From Octopus vulgaris (taxonomy: Eukaryota), in contig OX597817.1 of assembly GCA_951406725.2 (NCBI GenBank), positions 48,856,001 to 48,920,000 on the forward strand: DNA of 64,000 nt. Direction: 5' to 3'. The notes below the pieces were generated by a model, which was not told the DNA's origin, did no database searches, and saw only the letters and a list, made by a program, of their open reading frames with translations. Below, in pieces: positions 39,236 to 54,200 of the stretch. The translations under genes were made by a program, and so were the position numbers. Positions within the stretch are counted from its first letter, which is position 1. Each line of letters starts with the position of its first letter.

Positions 39236-42200
39236 TATTTTAAAAAAGGATTGATGTAACTCTTTACAAAGGTAAACAGTCAAGAAGAAGAGCGAGATTC
39301 GATTGTAAGTTATATTATTGAACGATATTTCAACAATATGTCTGTCTTTGTCAAGTTCAAAATAAGAAGTGATAAAAATTCAGAAATTTAAACGTAAAGT
39401 GTGAACGAGAGCAAGTAGCGTCCGCACGTTGATGGTACGACATCATAAGTTTTAAAGTCTTTTAACAGGCGAAAAGAAAAAAAAACAGAAAAAAGGAAAG
39501 AAAAAGAGAGAAAGAAGAATATTTAATCAAACAGCTTTGTATAAATTTGATGATATTCTCCTGTCATCTTATTTATTCCTCCAGGGCGTGATGTTAATAA
39601 CTTGCAAACATATTTCTCCTCATACATTCTGAGAAGTGAAAGCGAAGTAGATTCAGAATATTTTCTGAGAATATGCACCTTCAAGTCTTCTTCAAAATTG
39701 CAGCTGCTTGAAACGAAATGTTCAGCAAGTTCTGTCAAACTACTGTTATTGTGCCTGACGTCGAATCTGAGCCCATTAAACCTTTTGTTTAATTGTTCCG
39801 TTGTGCAACGAACATAAATTAAGTTGAGTTTTTGTGCATTCTGCAGCGTACACCAAATGGGAATCTTTACATGTTCCACCTTCTGTATAAATCATAACAT
39901 TTCTGTTATGATTTCTGACGGAATTCACTTCACTCATGTTGTTGCACAATGAACAGGGATTACCTCTCTTGCAGCTGTTCTTTAAGGTACAGCGTGTAGA
40001 TACTCCAATGTTCGTTTTCATGGAGTCAGATATAGAGGTCAATAATTCTCTTATATTCTTATTCCGTCTAAAGGCTACAATAGGCGGCTGAGGAAATATC
40101 TGTTTGAAGCGAGGATATTTTTTCGCCACATGCTGGTAACTCTTATGCAACACTTTTGAAATGCCAGCGAAATGTCGGTGCCAGTTAATCACTAAAGGAA
40201 TTCTGTCTTCTATTGTATTGTGTTTGCTAAAATTATGCGTATAGGTTTGACCATCTTTGCCAATCTTAGCTATTTCATTTGCTATTTCCTTTAATCGTGA
40301 TTCACTGTAACCGCTTTTGACATATTGACATACAAAAGCATTTGCATGTTTCCAGTAATCCCCTGTCAGTACAAATGCGTTTTATCCTCAAAAATTGGGA
40401 TTTCGGATTTGACCGAATAAGATGATGAGGATGATCAGAGCGGCGGTGGAGATAAATGTGGGATAACGTGGGCTTGCAAAATAATTCTCTCGTTATTCTG
40501 CCTCCAGAAAACGTGACTTTTGTGTCCAAAAATTCAACGCTAGTTTTTGAAAAACAAGACGTAAATTTTATGTTGGACTTAAAGCCATAGTTTCTAGCAT
40601 AACAGTCACAGAAATGCAAGAAGTCCATTAAAATATCCTGTGATCCTTCCCAGACAAAAAATACATCGTCAATGAACCGTAACCAGAGTATTGGTTCATG
40701 ACCATGAAAGGATTTGAATGTCTTCAGTAACTGTGTCTCGAATTTCGTCATGAAGACATTAGCGAAATTAACTGCCATGGGGTTACCCATGGTGCAACCC
40801 TTCGTCTGGTGGTAAAATCTTTGTCTAAACTTCATTGTGTTACTTTCTAACACAAACCTCAAAAATCTACAGAGAAAATTTGATGGAATAATTTTGTTTG
40901 ACCGCTTTTCGAAGGCATCCATGCATGCTTCAACCCCCTCATTGTGGTCAATATTGGGATATAAGGAAGAAACATTCATGGTTACCAAAAAATAGTTCTC
41001 AATATGGCCTCGGTGCTTGAAAATGTTATTGATTTTAGATACAAAATCAAACATATTCCGAATATAGGAACTTGATCGTTTTGCGGCGGGAAAGTCATCC
41101 AGCCATTCCAAAATTTTGGACGTGCAACATTCATATCCGCTGCCAATTGGGCGCATTGGAGGAAATCTTTCGAACATTTTGTGTATTTTTGAAGAAGACT
41201 TGAAGGTGCATATTCTCAGAAAATATTCTGAATCTACTTCGCTTTCACTTCTCAGAATGTATGAGGAGAAATATGTTTGCAGGTTATTAGCATCACGCCC
41301 TGTAGGAATGAATAAGACGACAGGAGAATATCATCAAATTTATACAAAGCTGTTTGATTAAATATTCTTCTTTCTCTCTTTTTCTTTCCTTTTTTCTGTT
41401 TTTTTTTCTTTTCGCCTGTTAAAGACTTAAAAACTTATGATGTCGTTCCATCAACGTGCGGACGCTACTTGCTCTCGTTCACACTTTACGTTTAAATTTC
41501 TGAATTTTTATCACTTCTTATTTTGAACTTGACAAAGACAGACATATTGTTGAAATATCGTTCAATAAAATAACTTACAATCGAATATTTAATGGACCCC
41601 GAAAGGATGAAAGGCAAAGTCGACCTCGGCGAAATTTGAACTCAGAACATAATGGCAGACGAAATACAGCTAAGGATTTCGCCTGGCGTGCTAACGTTTC
41701 TGCCAGCTAGCCGCCTTGGAAGAAATACTGCTAAGCATTTTGGTCAGCATGGTAACGATTCTGCCAGCATGACACCTTCGATTTATTGATACTAAACTGT
41801 ATAATCAATAAAACTGCTTTGTGCATTCTTTAAAAAACTAACAGCTTTGTGCATTATTAAAAACAAAAGTCTCCTGCAGTCAGCGCTGGATTAACCCATT
41901 AAGAAAATAAGCACGTACTTAGTGCATCAAGTGACGGAGGCACAACAGAAATGAAAATGGTTTACGGCACAAAAGAAATCACTTTAAACTTGTTAAAATA
42001 ATATTCGTAATGCCTTATCTCTACCAAGTATAGAAGCAGAAATTTTACGTAAAATTAATTTTGGCCGCGGCCTTCGGGCTAAAACATTTTAAAGGATTTT
42101 AAGGATTTAAGGGATATCATCAAACACTTTAAAAATAATAAAAAATAATAAAATTAATAAAAAACGAAGGAGAAAACTACTTTTCAAATATAAATAAAAT

Positions 42201-45200
42201 GGAAGTATACACAAATAAACATTGTTCTCCATCTTGCTGTTAGTTTTGTTTCATTTTGAAAAGTAGAAATTTATTTTATGGTTTATTATCGTTTACATTC
42301 TGAATTATTTTTGTTTACATTTTGAACCATTTACATATACTTGAGGGTACCCAAACCTTTTAAGTGCTTAGGCCCTCTATGGGACTTAATCAGGCCTTGC
42401 CTGCAATGTTGCTGCTTTTGTGTCAACACACAGTCACATTCAAAGTATAACAGCAGGCTAGGCAAGTAAAAATGAATTTTATACCAATTTGAAATTAACA
42501 TTATCAAAAATGAATAACAATTAAAAACTGATTCAAAACAAAACAAAAAAAGAAATTTCTTTTAAAATTTTAAAATCATTCAAAATTTTCCTCTTTGCTT
42601 AAACCTTTTTCAGAAAAATGAACTGTACCCACCATCATTTAGCATTGTCTTTTCTATGTTTGTATGTGTCAGACAGAATTGTTGAGGCAGATTTTCTACA
42701 GATAGATGCCCTTCATGTCACCGAACTAAGGTTTCCCTCCATAGTGAGACATGCTTTTCACGTTAGAATAGTAAAGAACATCACTTGTACGAGGTCGATG
42801 CTCATTTACAACCGATTGGAACTAACATAGGTGTGACTGTGTGATAAGAAGCTTACTTTCCAACCACATGGCTTCTGGGTTCAGTTCCACTGCGTGACAC
42901 CTTGGGCAGGTGTTTTCTACTATAGCCTTGGGCCGAATAAAGCCCTGTCAGTGGATTTAGTAGACGAAAACTAAATGCAGCCAGTCGTTTCCGTCAACCA
43001 GATTGCTTCACAAAGAATTTGTCGCTCCGGGGCTATATTAAAAGACGATTTTCCCAAGGGGTTACACATAGAGATTGAACCCGAAACCAAGTGATTACAA
43101 AGGGAGCTGTCAACTACATACTCATGTCTGCGCCTATATATCAACATTATTTGTCGCTGTTTGTGTTTGCGAAAATGTCAGCATTAACATCACAGGAATT
43201 CATGAGCCTCATAAATCTCCGCTATTTCTCATTAAACGTTACTAGACAAATTATATATTTAAAAACAAACTATATTAAATCTCTGAGCGAGATATAAACA
43301 GTATCAGTACGGAACCGTGACATATAATTGCTAACCAAGTGTGACGTCCTATACATGATAGTGCTACTGACGTTTATAGCCCTAGGAGCATAGTAAGTGA
43401 CCTGATCTAAGATCGTGTGCTGGAACGAAAACAATTGCAGCGTGGAAGGTGTTTATAAGCCATTTAAGAAACACAAAATCCGTTAGATTCACTTCAACAT
43501 CTCTATATATATAAACGGCAAAATGTGTGTGTGTGCGTGTCCTTTATACAAATCCACATTTTTTCTGTTAGAGGGCTCGCACTTTCTATGGTCATTCAAA
43601 ACCGTCCAAGGGTGGTCGTGCACATCTTTACATTTCCCCAGTCACCCCGCAAAGCCGTTAAAAAATCATTAGAAGTGACTTTTTTGTGAATTTTCTATCC
43701 CAAACCCAATCAAAATGCCCGAAACTTGATACGCCAATTGAATGTCAGCTAGCTGTATGTGATTGGTCGGAGATTTGGACAGTACTTGCGTGTGTGTGCG
43801 CACGCACGCAGCTGTATATGCATGCACTAGCACTGCCGGGGCATAGTGCTAGTTTAAATTTAATTTGTCAAAATATTTTCGTCGCTTTGAGACCGCAACC
43901 TGTTCACTGAAGGCAAGTAAAACATAAATTGGGCCGTCCTATCAACAAGCTCTTGGCTAAATCTATTCATTAGGCTATCTATTATTTACTTATTTACAGT
44001 AAGTCACAGCATACACAGAATTAAGTCCCTCAACCCCACGAGCACCTCCATCCCCAAACTTTAAAAATTCTTCATTAGTAAGTCGTATTTAGTGCGATTT
44101 ATATTCGACAATAAAATGTATCACATTTGTAGCTATTTTAAGATATTGTGTTATCTCGAAAGAAGAACTTATACAAAAATACTTACTTAAGCAATTAACA
44201 GCAGTTTTTTCGTCCCATGTATAAGTGTCCGCAAAAATATGTGGCAATGCCATAACAAAAGAGCCCAGACTGAAGGTGATGAAGCCATAACCAAGCCAGC
44301 GTAGTTTGTAGTTTACGGCTCCTTTGAAGCAGACGAACAAAGCAATAGGCGCTGCCGTTATATCGTAAACGCTGGCGATCCATCCAGACATACTGCTGGG
44401 CAATTCAAACCGTTTTTCTACTGTACTCATGTTTGCATTGATCACACCGTTTACAATAAACCCTGGAAAAAAATAAGATAAAGGCCATTATGTTAAATCA
44501 ATATTTAAACAAATAAGGAGAGCTGAAATTTTTTTTCACATTAGGTGTGTGCGCAGGAGTGGCTGTGTGATAAGTAGCTCGTGTGCGCAGGAGTGGCTGT
44601 GTGGTAAGTAGCTTGCTTACCAGCCACATCGTTCCGGGTTCAGTCCCACTGCGTGGCACCTTGGGCAACTGTCTTCTACTACAGCCTCGGGCTGACCAAA
44701 GCCTTGTGAGTGGATTTGGTAGACGGAAACTGAAAGAATCCCGTCGTATATATGTATATATATATGTGTGTGTGTGTGTGTGTTTATGTGTCTGTGTCCT
44801 CCCAACATCGCTTGACAACCGATGCTGGTGTGTTTACGTCCCCGTAACTTAGTGGTTCGGCAAAAGAGACCGATAGAATAAGTACTAGGCTTACAAAGAA
44901 TAAGTCCTAGGGTCGATTTGCTCGACTAAAGGCGGTGCTCCAGCATGGCCGCATTCAAATGACTGAAACAAATAAAAGAGTAAAATAGTATTAGCTGTTA
45001 TTTGTTTTTATTTATCTCTCACCTACGATCTTCATACTCCAACAGTTTTACGTAGTGATCTGAAATTACACTTGGGAAGGTATGAGGCTATGAAACCAGT
45101 AGCAAGAGGCGTGGGATCTGACCGGAGCGACACTTTCATGGGATCTGCCGTATAAGCCTGTAAGAGCTTGCTTCTACCCCAAATAAGGGGTTTATCCAAG

Positions 45201-48200
45201 GCGCCACACGCACGAGTAACACTACTGCACTTGCGGTTTTCATATTCTGATAATTTTACACAACGAATCTAAAATTGCATTTAGGGAGACTTGAGGTTAT
45301 GAGGCAATATTTGTCAGGAATATAATAATACTAGCTATTTGACCCATGCTTCGTTCGGGTTTTGGTGGTGATGTTTCCCCATCTCGTTTACCTTGTTTGG
45401 GCGTGCTCCTATACAAATTAACTTTTCTTGCTACTACTATCAATAATCTTTTCTACTCAAAGCACAAGGCTCTAAATTTTGGGGGGAGGGGGCCAGTCGA
45501 TTAGATCGACCTCAGTACACAAATGGTATTTGCTTTATCGTCCCCGAAAGGATGAAAGAAAAAGTTGAACCTCGGCGGAATTTGAACTCAAAATGTTAAG
45601 ACAGACAAAATACTGCTAAGCATTTCGCCCGGCGTGCTAACGTTTCTTATTTCTTTACTGCCCACAAGGGGCTACACACAGAGAGGACAAACAAGGACAG
45701 ACTAACGGATTAAGTCGATTACATCGACCCCAGTGCGTAACTGGTACTTAATTTATCGACCCAAAAAGTATGAAAGGCAAAGTCGACCTCGGCGGAATTT
45801 GAACTCAGAACGTAACGGCAGACGAAATACCGCTAAGCATTTTGCCCGGCGTGCTAACGTTTCTGCCAGCTCACCGTCTTCAGAACCGCCTAAATATTCT
45901 CAACATTAAGGCTGCGAGCTAGCAGAAACGTTAGCTTGCTGGGTGAAATGCTTAGCAGTATTGTGACTTGTGGTATTTCGTCTGCCGTTACGTTCTGAGT
46001 TCAAATTCCGCCGAGGTCGACTTTGCATGTCATCTTTTCGGGGTCGATAAATTAAGTACCAGTTACGCACTGGGGTCGATGTAATCGACTTAATACCTAT
46101 GTCTGTCCTTGTTTGTCCTCTCTGTGTTTAGCCCCTTGTAGGTAATAAAGAAATAGGTATTGTGACTTGTGAATAATTCTGTGGTGTTTTTTTCTTTTTT
46201 TTGGGGGGGGGGTGAAGGTTAGTGTTGAAATTGTTGTTAATGAATTCTTTCCTTGTTGTGTTGTTAGTAATAGCGTCCTGCGTGTGGCAGACGGTATTAT
46301 TTTATTCCCCTTTGTGGGGGGTGGGAATTATCCATTTTGAGGCGTTTTTCTACAAATTTTGTTTAAAATGAATACTTCCTCTGCAGAGGAAAAAGATTGT
46401 GAAATGTTAAGTATGCCGACGGCAGACAAACTTGTTGAAGCGCCAAAAACCCATAACAGATTGTGCTGTCTCCTCTTTATTGTCTCTTTGTGGGAAATAA
46501 AAAATTTGCGAAATGCCTAGCGGTATTTCATCTGTCTACGTTCTGAATTCAAATTCCGCCGAGGTCGACAAATTAAGTACCAGTTGCGTACGGGGTTCGA
46601 TCTAATCGACTGGCTCTCTCACCCGAAATTTCGGGCCTTGTGCCTAGAGTAGAAAAGAATATTCTCAACAGCCTAATCGTGAGATAATAATAAAAGAGGA
46701 TTTCATAATGAGTTCAGTTCTAACAAAGAGATAATGAACTGTGAGCGTTAAAGGATTTTCACAGATTCTTCAGCTTTGAGGCAGATTTTGATGATCTTTT
46801 GGAAAAACAGATAATGCCCTTCTTCCAGTAATTCTCATTATGTAGCAGTCAGTATTAATGCCTCCCACCACTTCGCTACCTTTTTTCGGTCACGCTTAAA
46901 GTAACTATTTTCCGGAAAAAAAAAAGAAAATGCCAGCGAAACGCTTCTCAATGGAAAATAGTCTTCGTGTTACGGAATCACAAGTTACATCAAGATATTT
47001 TGGAACGCAATGGTTCTGTAAGGCGAATATATCAGTATTTATAACAAATATATTGACTGACGTTACTGAAGGTATGATCGGGTACATTAATACCAGTAAT
47101 AAAAAAGACAAAAGAGCAGACTTTAGCAATAAAATTATTCAAACGAGAATTGTTGCTATTTACTAGAATGAGTAGTCACAACTCAACCTTTGCAAGGTAT
47201 TTTCAGACACAAAATTATGAAAAGGCTTTGGTTTGCTTGTATATATTTTAAAAATTATTTTTCGTCTTTTGCTTATCTCAGTCATTGGACTGCGGCCAAG
47301 CTGTGACACCGCCTTGAAAAATTTAGTTGAACAAATCTCAAGTACTTATTTTTAAGCCTAGAACATATCCATATCTTTTGCCAAACCGCTCAGTTACGCG
47401 GACATAAATGAACACCAGTTGTCACACATGCATATCCGACGGGTTTTTACAGCTTCCGTTTGCCAAATTCACTCACAAGGTATTGGGTCAGTTCGGAGTT
47501 AGAGTAGAAGGAACTTTCCAAGTGGGACCGAACCCAAAATCACGTGGTTGTAAAGCAAGCTTCTTACCCACAGCTATGCATGTTACCAAACTGCAGAAAA
47601 CAGTTTAGGAATTAATCTTATTTCTGTTTCTGTTTCTTTATTACCCACAAGGGGCTAAACACAGAGGGGACAAACAAGGACAGACAAACGAATTAAGTCG
47701 ATTATATCGATCCCAGTGCGTAACTGGTACTTGATTTATCGACTCCAAAAGGATGAAAGGCAAAGTCGACCTCGGTGGAATTTGAACTCAGAACGTAACG
47801 GCAGACGAAATACGGCTACGCATTTTGCCCGGCGTGCTAACATTTCTGCCAGCTCGCCGCCAATTAATCTTATTTCGTACCTTTCTAGACGGGTCACAAG
47901 CATGATATCAATTTACAGATTGTATTTTTCGCAAATTAGTGTAGTAAGGTGGTGGGGTTTGGGAGAAAATAACATGAGGCATTTCTCGAGAGATGAAATC
48001 TGGAAATCATTGATTAAGGAAAGGCACAGGAAGATGAAAGACGATTGAAAGAAGATTTATGTAAAGTTGATATATATTCAGAAGGATCATTGCGGTAACT
48101 GAGAAAAGACACGAAAGAAGCAAATAGACGTTGGAAACCTGAAGGACAGCGAACCTTATCCTTCTTTGTTTAACAGTTCGAAATATAAACATGTGAGGTG

Positions 48201-51200
48201 TCCTTGATATATGAGTAGTATTATTTTTCGACATATTGTGCGTGCTTAGCAACCGTTCAAAAGGTGTCAGATCAACCTGAATGAGAATCCGACGTCTCAC
48301 TTAAGAAATTTATGCAAAAAAAAAAAAAACTCCCATTGTTATTAGATATTCAATTTTGTGCTGAGATGGGAGGATGACAAAGGACCAAGATGATTGTCAC
48401 TGCTGACACAGATTTCTCTCACAGAAATGCACGAACTGGTTTGCCTGGCGTTGAAGGTAAATAAATATTTTGTAACTTCGCACAAACTTTTTGTTACTGT
48501 GTCAACCAACAAAGATCATATTGTTTAACAAACAGAAAAACTGAAAACAGTAAGTTATACACGACAGATGTATATAATTGGATGGTCTCAAATTCTGGTA
48601 CAAGGTCAGCGACTTTAGTGGGAGGGCAGCTCTGGACTAACCATTAAGCAAAATAAGAACGTGCTTAGGGCATCAAGGGAAGTGGGGGTATCATAGAAAT
48701 GGTAAATAGTTTACGGCACAAAATAAATCACTTTAACTTGCTAATATAATATTCGAAGTGTTCATGATGTCATTGACAGAAGTTGATCGAAGATTTTGCT
48801 ATTAATAATTGTAGAAAACTTTTCAAATATAAATTAAATGGACTTATATAAAAACAAATATTTTTTTATCATGAAAAATAAAAAATATATTTCATGGTTT
48901 ATTATTGTTTATATATTGAATTATGAAGGCGCGTAGCTTAGTGGCTAGGGTATTCGACTCACGATTGTAAGGTTGTGAGTTCAATTCCCGACGACGTGTT
49001 GTGTCCTTGGGAAAGACACTTTATTTCACGTTACTCTAGTCCACTCAGCTGGCAAAAATGAGTAGTATCTGTATTTCAAAGGGCCGAATCTCCCCGAGAA
49101 TTAAGTTAGGGGTACACGTGTCTGTGGATTGCTCAGCCACTTACTTGCACGTTAATTTCACGAGCAAGCTGTTCCGTTGATCGTATCAGCTGGGACCCTC
49201 GTCGTCGTAACCGACGGAGTGCTCCTAATGTTTTGAATTACATTTATATGGGAGCACGAAAATCGTTTAAATGCTTAGAGCCTCTATGGGTCTTCATCCA
49301 GCCTTAGTGGGGAAAGTGATAATCGATTCTCAACCGGGATCCACATGGCCCCTGAGGGTCCATATAAGAGTTTTGAAGGTCTATGCAACAAAATAGTAAA
49401 TTAGGGATCTACAATTGTATTTTAAAGATCCCTAAAATCTTTGGCTTTAGACGTATATATTGGTATGTATTGCAAGAAGACAGTTAGGTTTCTTTCTCTA
49501 ACATTTTACAGAGTTCAACCTATACAATGTGTGATAAAACAAATAGGAATTTTGAAAGAAGTTTCTATAAAAGTAGTTTTTAAACATTGAATGGCTATGG
49601 GTAAGGTGGAATGAAATAGTAATCAAAGGGGTCCATAAAAAAATTGTTGGGAATTCCTGGGTTACATCGACCCCCAGTGCTTAACAGCTGGTTATAGTGT
49701 TATTGATTTCGAAAGGATGAGAATCAGAATTTTCCCCACCTGGACGGGACGTCGGTCTGTCACAGGTGAGCTACAAGATACAAGAGGAAAGAGCGAGAGA
49801 AAGTTGTGGCGAAAGAGTCAGCAGAAATTCGCCATTACCTTCTGCCGGGGCCGTGTGAAGCTTAGGTGTTTCGCTCATAAACACACACATCGCCCGGTCT
49901 GAGATTCGAATCCGCGATCCCTCGACCGCGAGTCCGCTGCTCAAACCACTAGGCCATGTGCCTCCACGCCGGAAGAAATACTACTATGTAATTTGTTTGA
50001 TACGCAAACGATTCAGCCAGCTCGCTGCCTCGTATTATGAGGCTTGATATAAACGGTAAAATAAGAATAATGAAGGATGTGGTTCCCGGTCGAGCCACTG
50101 CTGCGGAAGCTGAGGGACATGGGGACGGATCCGCGTGATCTGTGTTATGAAGGAAATGTGACGGCTTATGCGGATGACGTCACCATCATCGTGTCCGATG
50201 AAAGGCAGCTACCTCGGGTAGAAGACGCCCTCAGAGGATACGAAACAGTGGCAGGAGCTAAAATTAATCAGGAAAAAATCAGTCGGCTTGCAACTCGGCA
50301 CCTGGCGGGGCAAGTCGATGCCTCCCAACAACGTCGTCGGGCGCTGGACGGAGGGCCCGGTTAAAATGCTCGGGGTCTGGTTTGGACCGGACCTCCAGGT
50401 GGAGAAGAACTGGAGTGAGGTGACGAGCAAGGTGACATAGCCCAGAAGTGGTCTGGGAGGAAGTTATCCTTGTTGGGAAGGGCGGAGGTTGCACAAGTGT
50501 TCATAGCATCTGTGATAACCTGCCGCCTAACCGTCGTGCCTTGCCCCAGTTTGTGGCTAACCAAGTTGGAGCGGATCCTTTTCCACTTTTTGTGGAGAGG
50601 TAAAACTCCACTTGTGAGGCCTCCATCTAAAGGGTGGGCTGGGGATGCCCTGGCTAATGATGCTCAAGCACGTGCTAAGGCTGAGACATCTCTGAGCAGG
50701 TGTGGTCAACGCATACCGAGCAGTTCTTCCCAAAGTTAAAGTCCCTTGTGGACTTAGGTACATGGATCACGCGGAGACCCAAGTTGGGGGAATGGCGGGA
50801 GGAGTGCAGACAAGCACTTTCCTTCTTCTCTCGAGGGAGCAATGCTGACAGCAGAGTTACCACAGTGGATTTTTATTGCGGGTTGGTAGAGCTTAAGTCC
50901 GACGATAAGAGGCAGCTAGCTGACCTGTTCGGGAGGACTTCGGGTCAGGATTTCTGGATAACTACCAGAAATCTTTGACCTGGTTGTGCTACCGATCAGC
51001 TTTACCGGTTCGAGAAAGGTTGTCAAGGCATGGTATTGACACCTCCCCCACGTGTCCAAGGTGCGGGCGTGCCAGTGAAACGGTTACGCACGCCTTCGTA
51101 CACTGTGAGGAGTTGAGGGAGTTGATGGCCTTTGCCGAACAGCTGATGTCGGATGCAGAAAGAGTACGGCTCTCGTCCGAGTCCATGATAAAGATTGTAC

Positions 51201-54200
51201 CACCTTCCTCTTTCACCAAAGAAAAGAAGGTAGTTTTTGTCTGCGTAGTAACCATACTGAAAGATGAGGTATGGAAGACGCGAGCGAAAGGGATTGCGAC
51301 AGGCCAATTCATCTCCGGACGTGGGCTGGTGAATTACTTCGCCGCCCATCTTTCCAGCAAGATCCATCTGGAGAGGAGGAGCATGCCGCAAAGAGCGTTT
51401 GGAAAAAGATGGATAACAGTGGTAGGAACGATGAGAATGCACGAGGCCGTGCTTGCACGGTCGGTCGGGGCATAAAAGAAAGGAAAAGATTACCAAAAGG
51501 GTAATCAACTGGTGGGTTAATTCACTAACCCGGAACCCACCCAATTTCCAGCCAATCATCACTTATATTTTTAACTCCCATCCGTATAATATATGTAAAT
51601 CCATCTGTCTTTTCATCTTGTATATAAGAATGTGTGTCTGTCCCCTACATGTCCCTTGTCTGTCCTTGTAACGTCGCCTCTACGTAAACCTTTTTATAGG
51701 TGAATAAAGAAATTGGATGTGGTTCCCGGTGCAATGTCTATTGTATCAGCTGTCATCGTAAATTGCATCCGTGTTGTTATAGAAGCTACTTCTTCCAAAT
51801 GTAAAGAAAACGACGTGACGCTGAACAATTTGAGTGTGGGTGTGACAGAGAACGACAGACAAGCAAACAGGGAATGGAGGGAAGCTAGACGAAGTATGAG
51901 CGACAGATCTGACTAATTTAGGTCATATTTACAAAAATACAAATACCGTTGTACATTGGGTGGGACATTTTAAGCGACATTAGAATATAAAAGAAATGAA
52001 ATAACGTACTTGTGGAAATACGGTTTTGTTTGTTTGTTAATGTACAGAGCGAACAATTAAAGGGATATAACAGCCAAATCTAAGGCGGCGAGCTGGCAGA
52101 AACGTTAGCACGCAGGGCGAAATGCTTAGCCATATTTCGTCTGCCGTTACGTTCTGAGTTCAAATTCCGCCGAGGTTGACTTTGCTTTTCATCCTTTCGG
52201 GGTCGATTAAATAAGTACCAGTTACGCACTGGGGTCGATATAATCAACTTAACCCGTTTGTCTGTCCTTGTTTGTCCTCTCTGTGTTTAGCCCCTTGTGG
52301 GTAGTAAAGAAATAAGTATTTCGTCTGCCGTTACGTTCTGAGTTCAAATTCCGCCGAGGTCGACTTTGCTTTTCATCCTTTCGGGGTCGATTAAATAAGT
52401 ACCAGTTATGCACTAGGGTCGATGTAATCGACTTAATCCCTTTGTCTGTCCTTGTTTGTCCTCTCTGTGTTTAGCCCCTTGTGGGTAGAAAAGAAATAGG
52501 CATTTCGTCTGCCGTTACGTTCTGTGTTCAAATTCCGCCTAGGTCGACTTTGCCATTCATCCTTTTGGGGCCGATAAATAAAGTACTAGTTTCGCACTGG
52601 GGTCGATGTAATCAACTTATTCCCTTTTTCTGTCCTTGTTTGTCCTCTCTTGTGGGCAATAAAGAAATATATAACAACCAAATCTACTCTCATATCTCAC
52701 CGTCCTATCTTAACTGACGTTTACTGTTCATCTTCACTAGCTCAGCTAGTGGGGTGCGTTGGAGGCGGAGCGTCTCGGGCGGCACTTTTAAAGCGGTACC
52801 ACATTTGAGTCTGCTGTCGGCAATATACGCTAGTGTTCATCTTATACTTGTTTCTGTAAGATTGGACTGCGGCCATGCTTGAAGAATCTAGCCGAACAAA
52901 TCGACGACAGTACTTATTTTCTGTAAAGTATGGTACTTATTTCCCGGTGTCTTCTGCCGAACCGTTAAGTTACAGGGACATAAACAAACCAACACTGGTT
53001 GTGAGGCGTCGTGAGCAATCACAACGACACTCACACACACAAAAGTCGGACAAAAATTGCAGAACGTTTCTGTATTTACCGTTAGGGTTAGTGTTGGGGG
53101 AAAAAGTCAAAATTGAAGAAGTTGGGTGGAAAGGGGGTGGATATTTCACAATGCCGATTTTTGGCAATTTTCTGGAAACTCCATACCCGAAAACGGCGAT
53201 TTTTGGCAAAAACATTACAAAAATAAACAAATTTGGGAGAAAATGAGGTGAACGGGCGGGAAAAAAATGGTATCTACGCCCGTAAATTAACGGATGCGAC
53301 TACAAAGATAACGATACGATAAATATTAGGGTTGATATAATTAATTAAAATTCCTTCAGCGCGCTGCTACAGCATAGCTGCAGACTAATCTAAGCAAAAA
53401 CTAATAATTGACCAAAACAAAAACAAAAGCAAATAAATTCAACATTTTCTGTTGAGTATTTTGTCTCATCCACACACTCCGTAGATAGCCTGAAGCGTAG
53501 CTGGAGGGGTACAACGGGGGCGGTTCTATCCAGGCAACGCTTTTATGGGAGTTAATGTTGGGTCTGCAGTATAAGCCTGTATATGATTTGAGGGCCTGTA
53601 GCAGCAAACTTAGGGGCTTCCCCGAGCGGCACAGTCTAGCTACGCAACTGCACGTTGTGTGTCCCCCAACTGCTTGACAACCGGTATTGGTTTGCTTACG
53701 TTCCCCTAACTTTGTATTGCCACAAAAGAGACCGACAGAATCAGTACCAACCCTTAAAAAAAATGAATAGCGGAGGCGATAAAATCTTTCAAAGCGGTGC
53801 TCCAGCATGGCCGCAGTTTCAATGACTCAAGTTATAGAATAAAGATTGGTTTACTATTCTTCTCCGCACATACAAACATACCACCTCCTGGGTCGTATTC
53901 AAAATAACTTCGTTGATTTATTAGCAATGTTTCATTCACCAATAACCTTCACACTCTCTTTAAATCTTGTAAAGCTAATAATACAATGGCTACTGTCGTT
54001 CTAAACTAGTTTACTTCCTTCCACTTCCAGCCATTCCCACTCGATATATCAACATTCCCACCTTCTGACACGTTTAATGAATCTCAACACATCACTAATC
54101 TCACACAAAACTAATTTTCTTGTCGACCTATGAACTTCCGTAGCACCTTCCCGTCAAATTTTTTGTTCGGTCTATAGATGCTCAAACCGAACTTCGCCTG

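Noticed and set aside
41116-41361. Separate plus-strand gene (81 aa)
   Set aside because: It is the inverted duplicate of the PLE ORF C-terminus.
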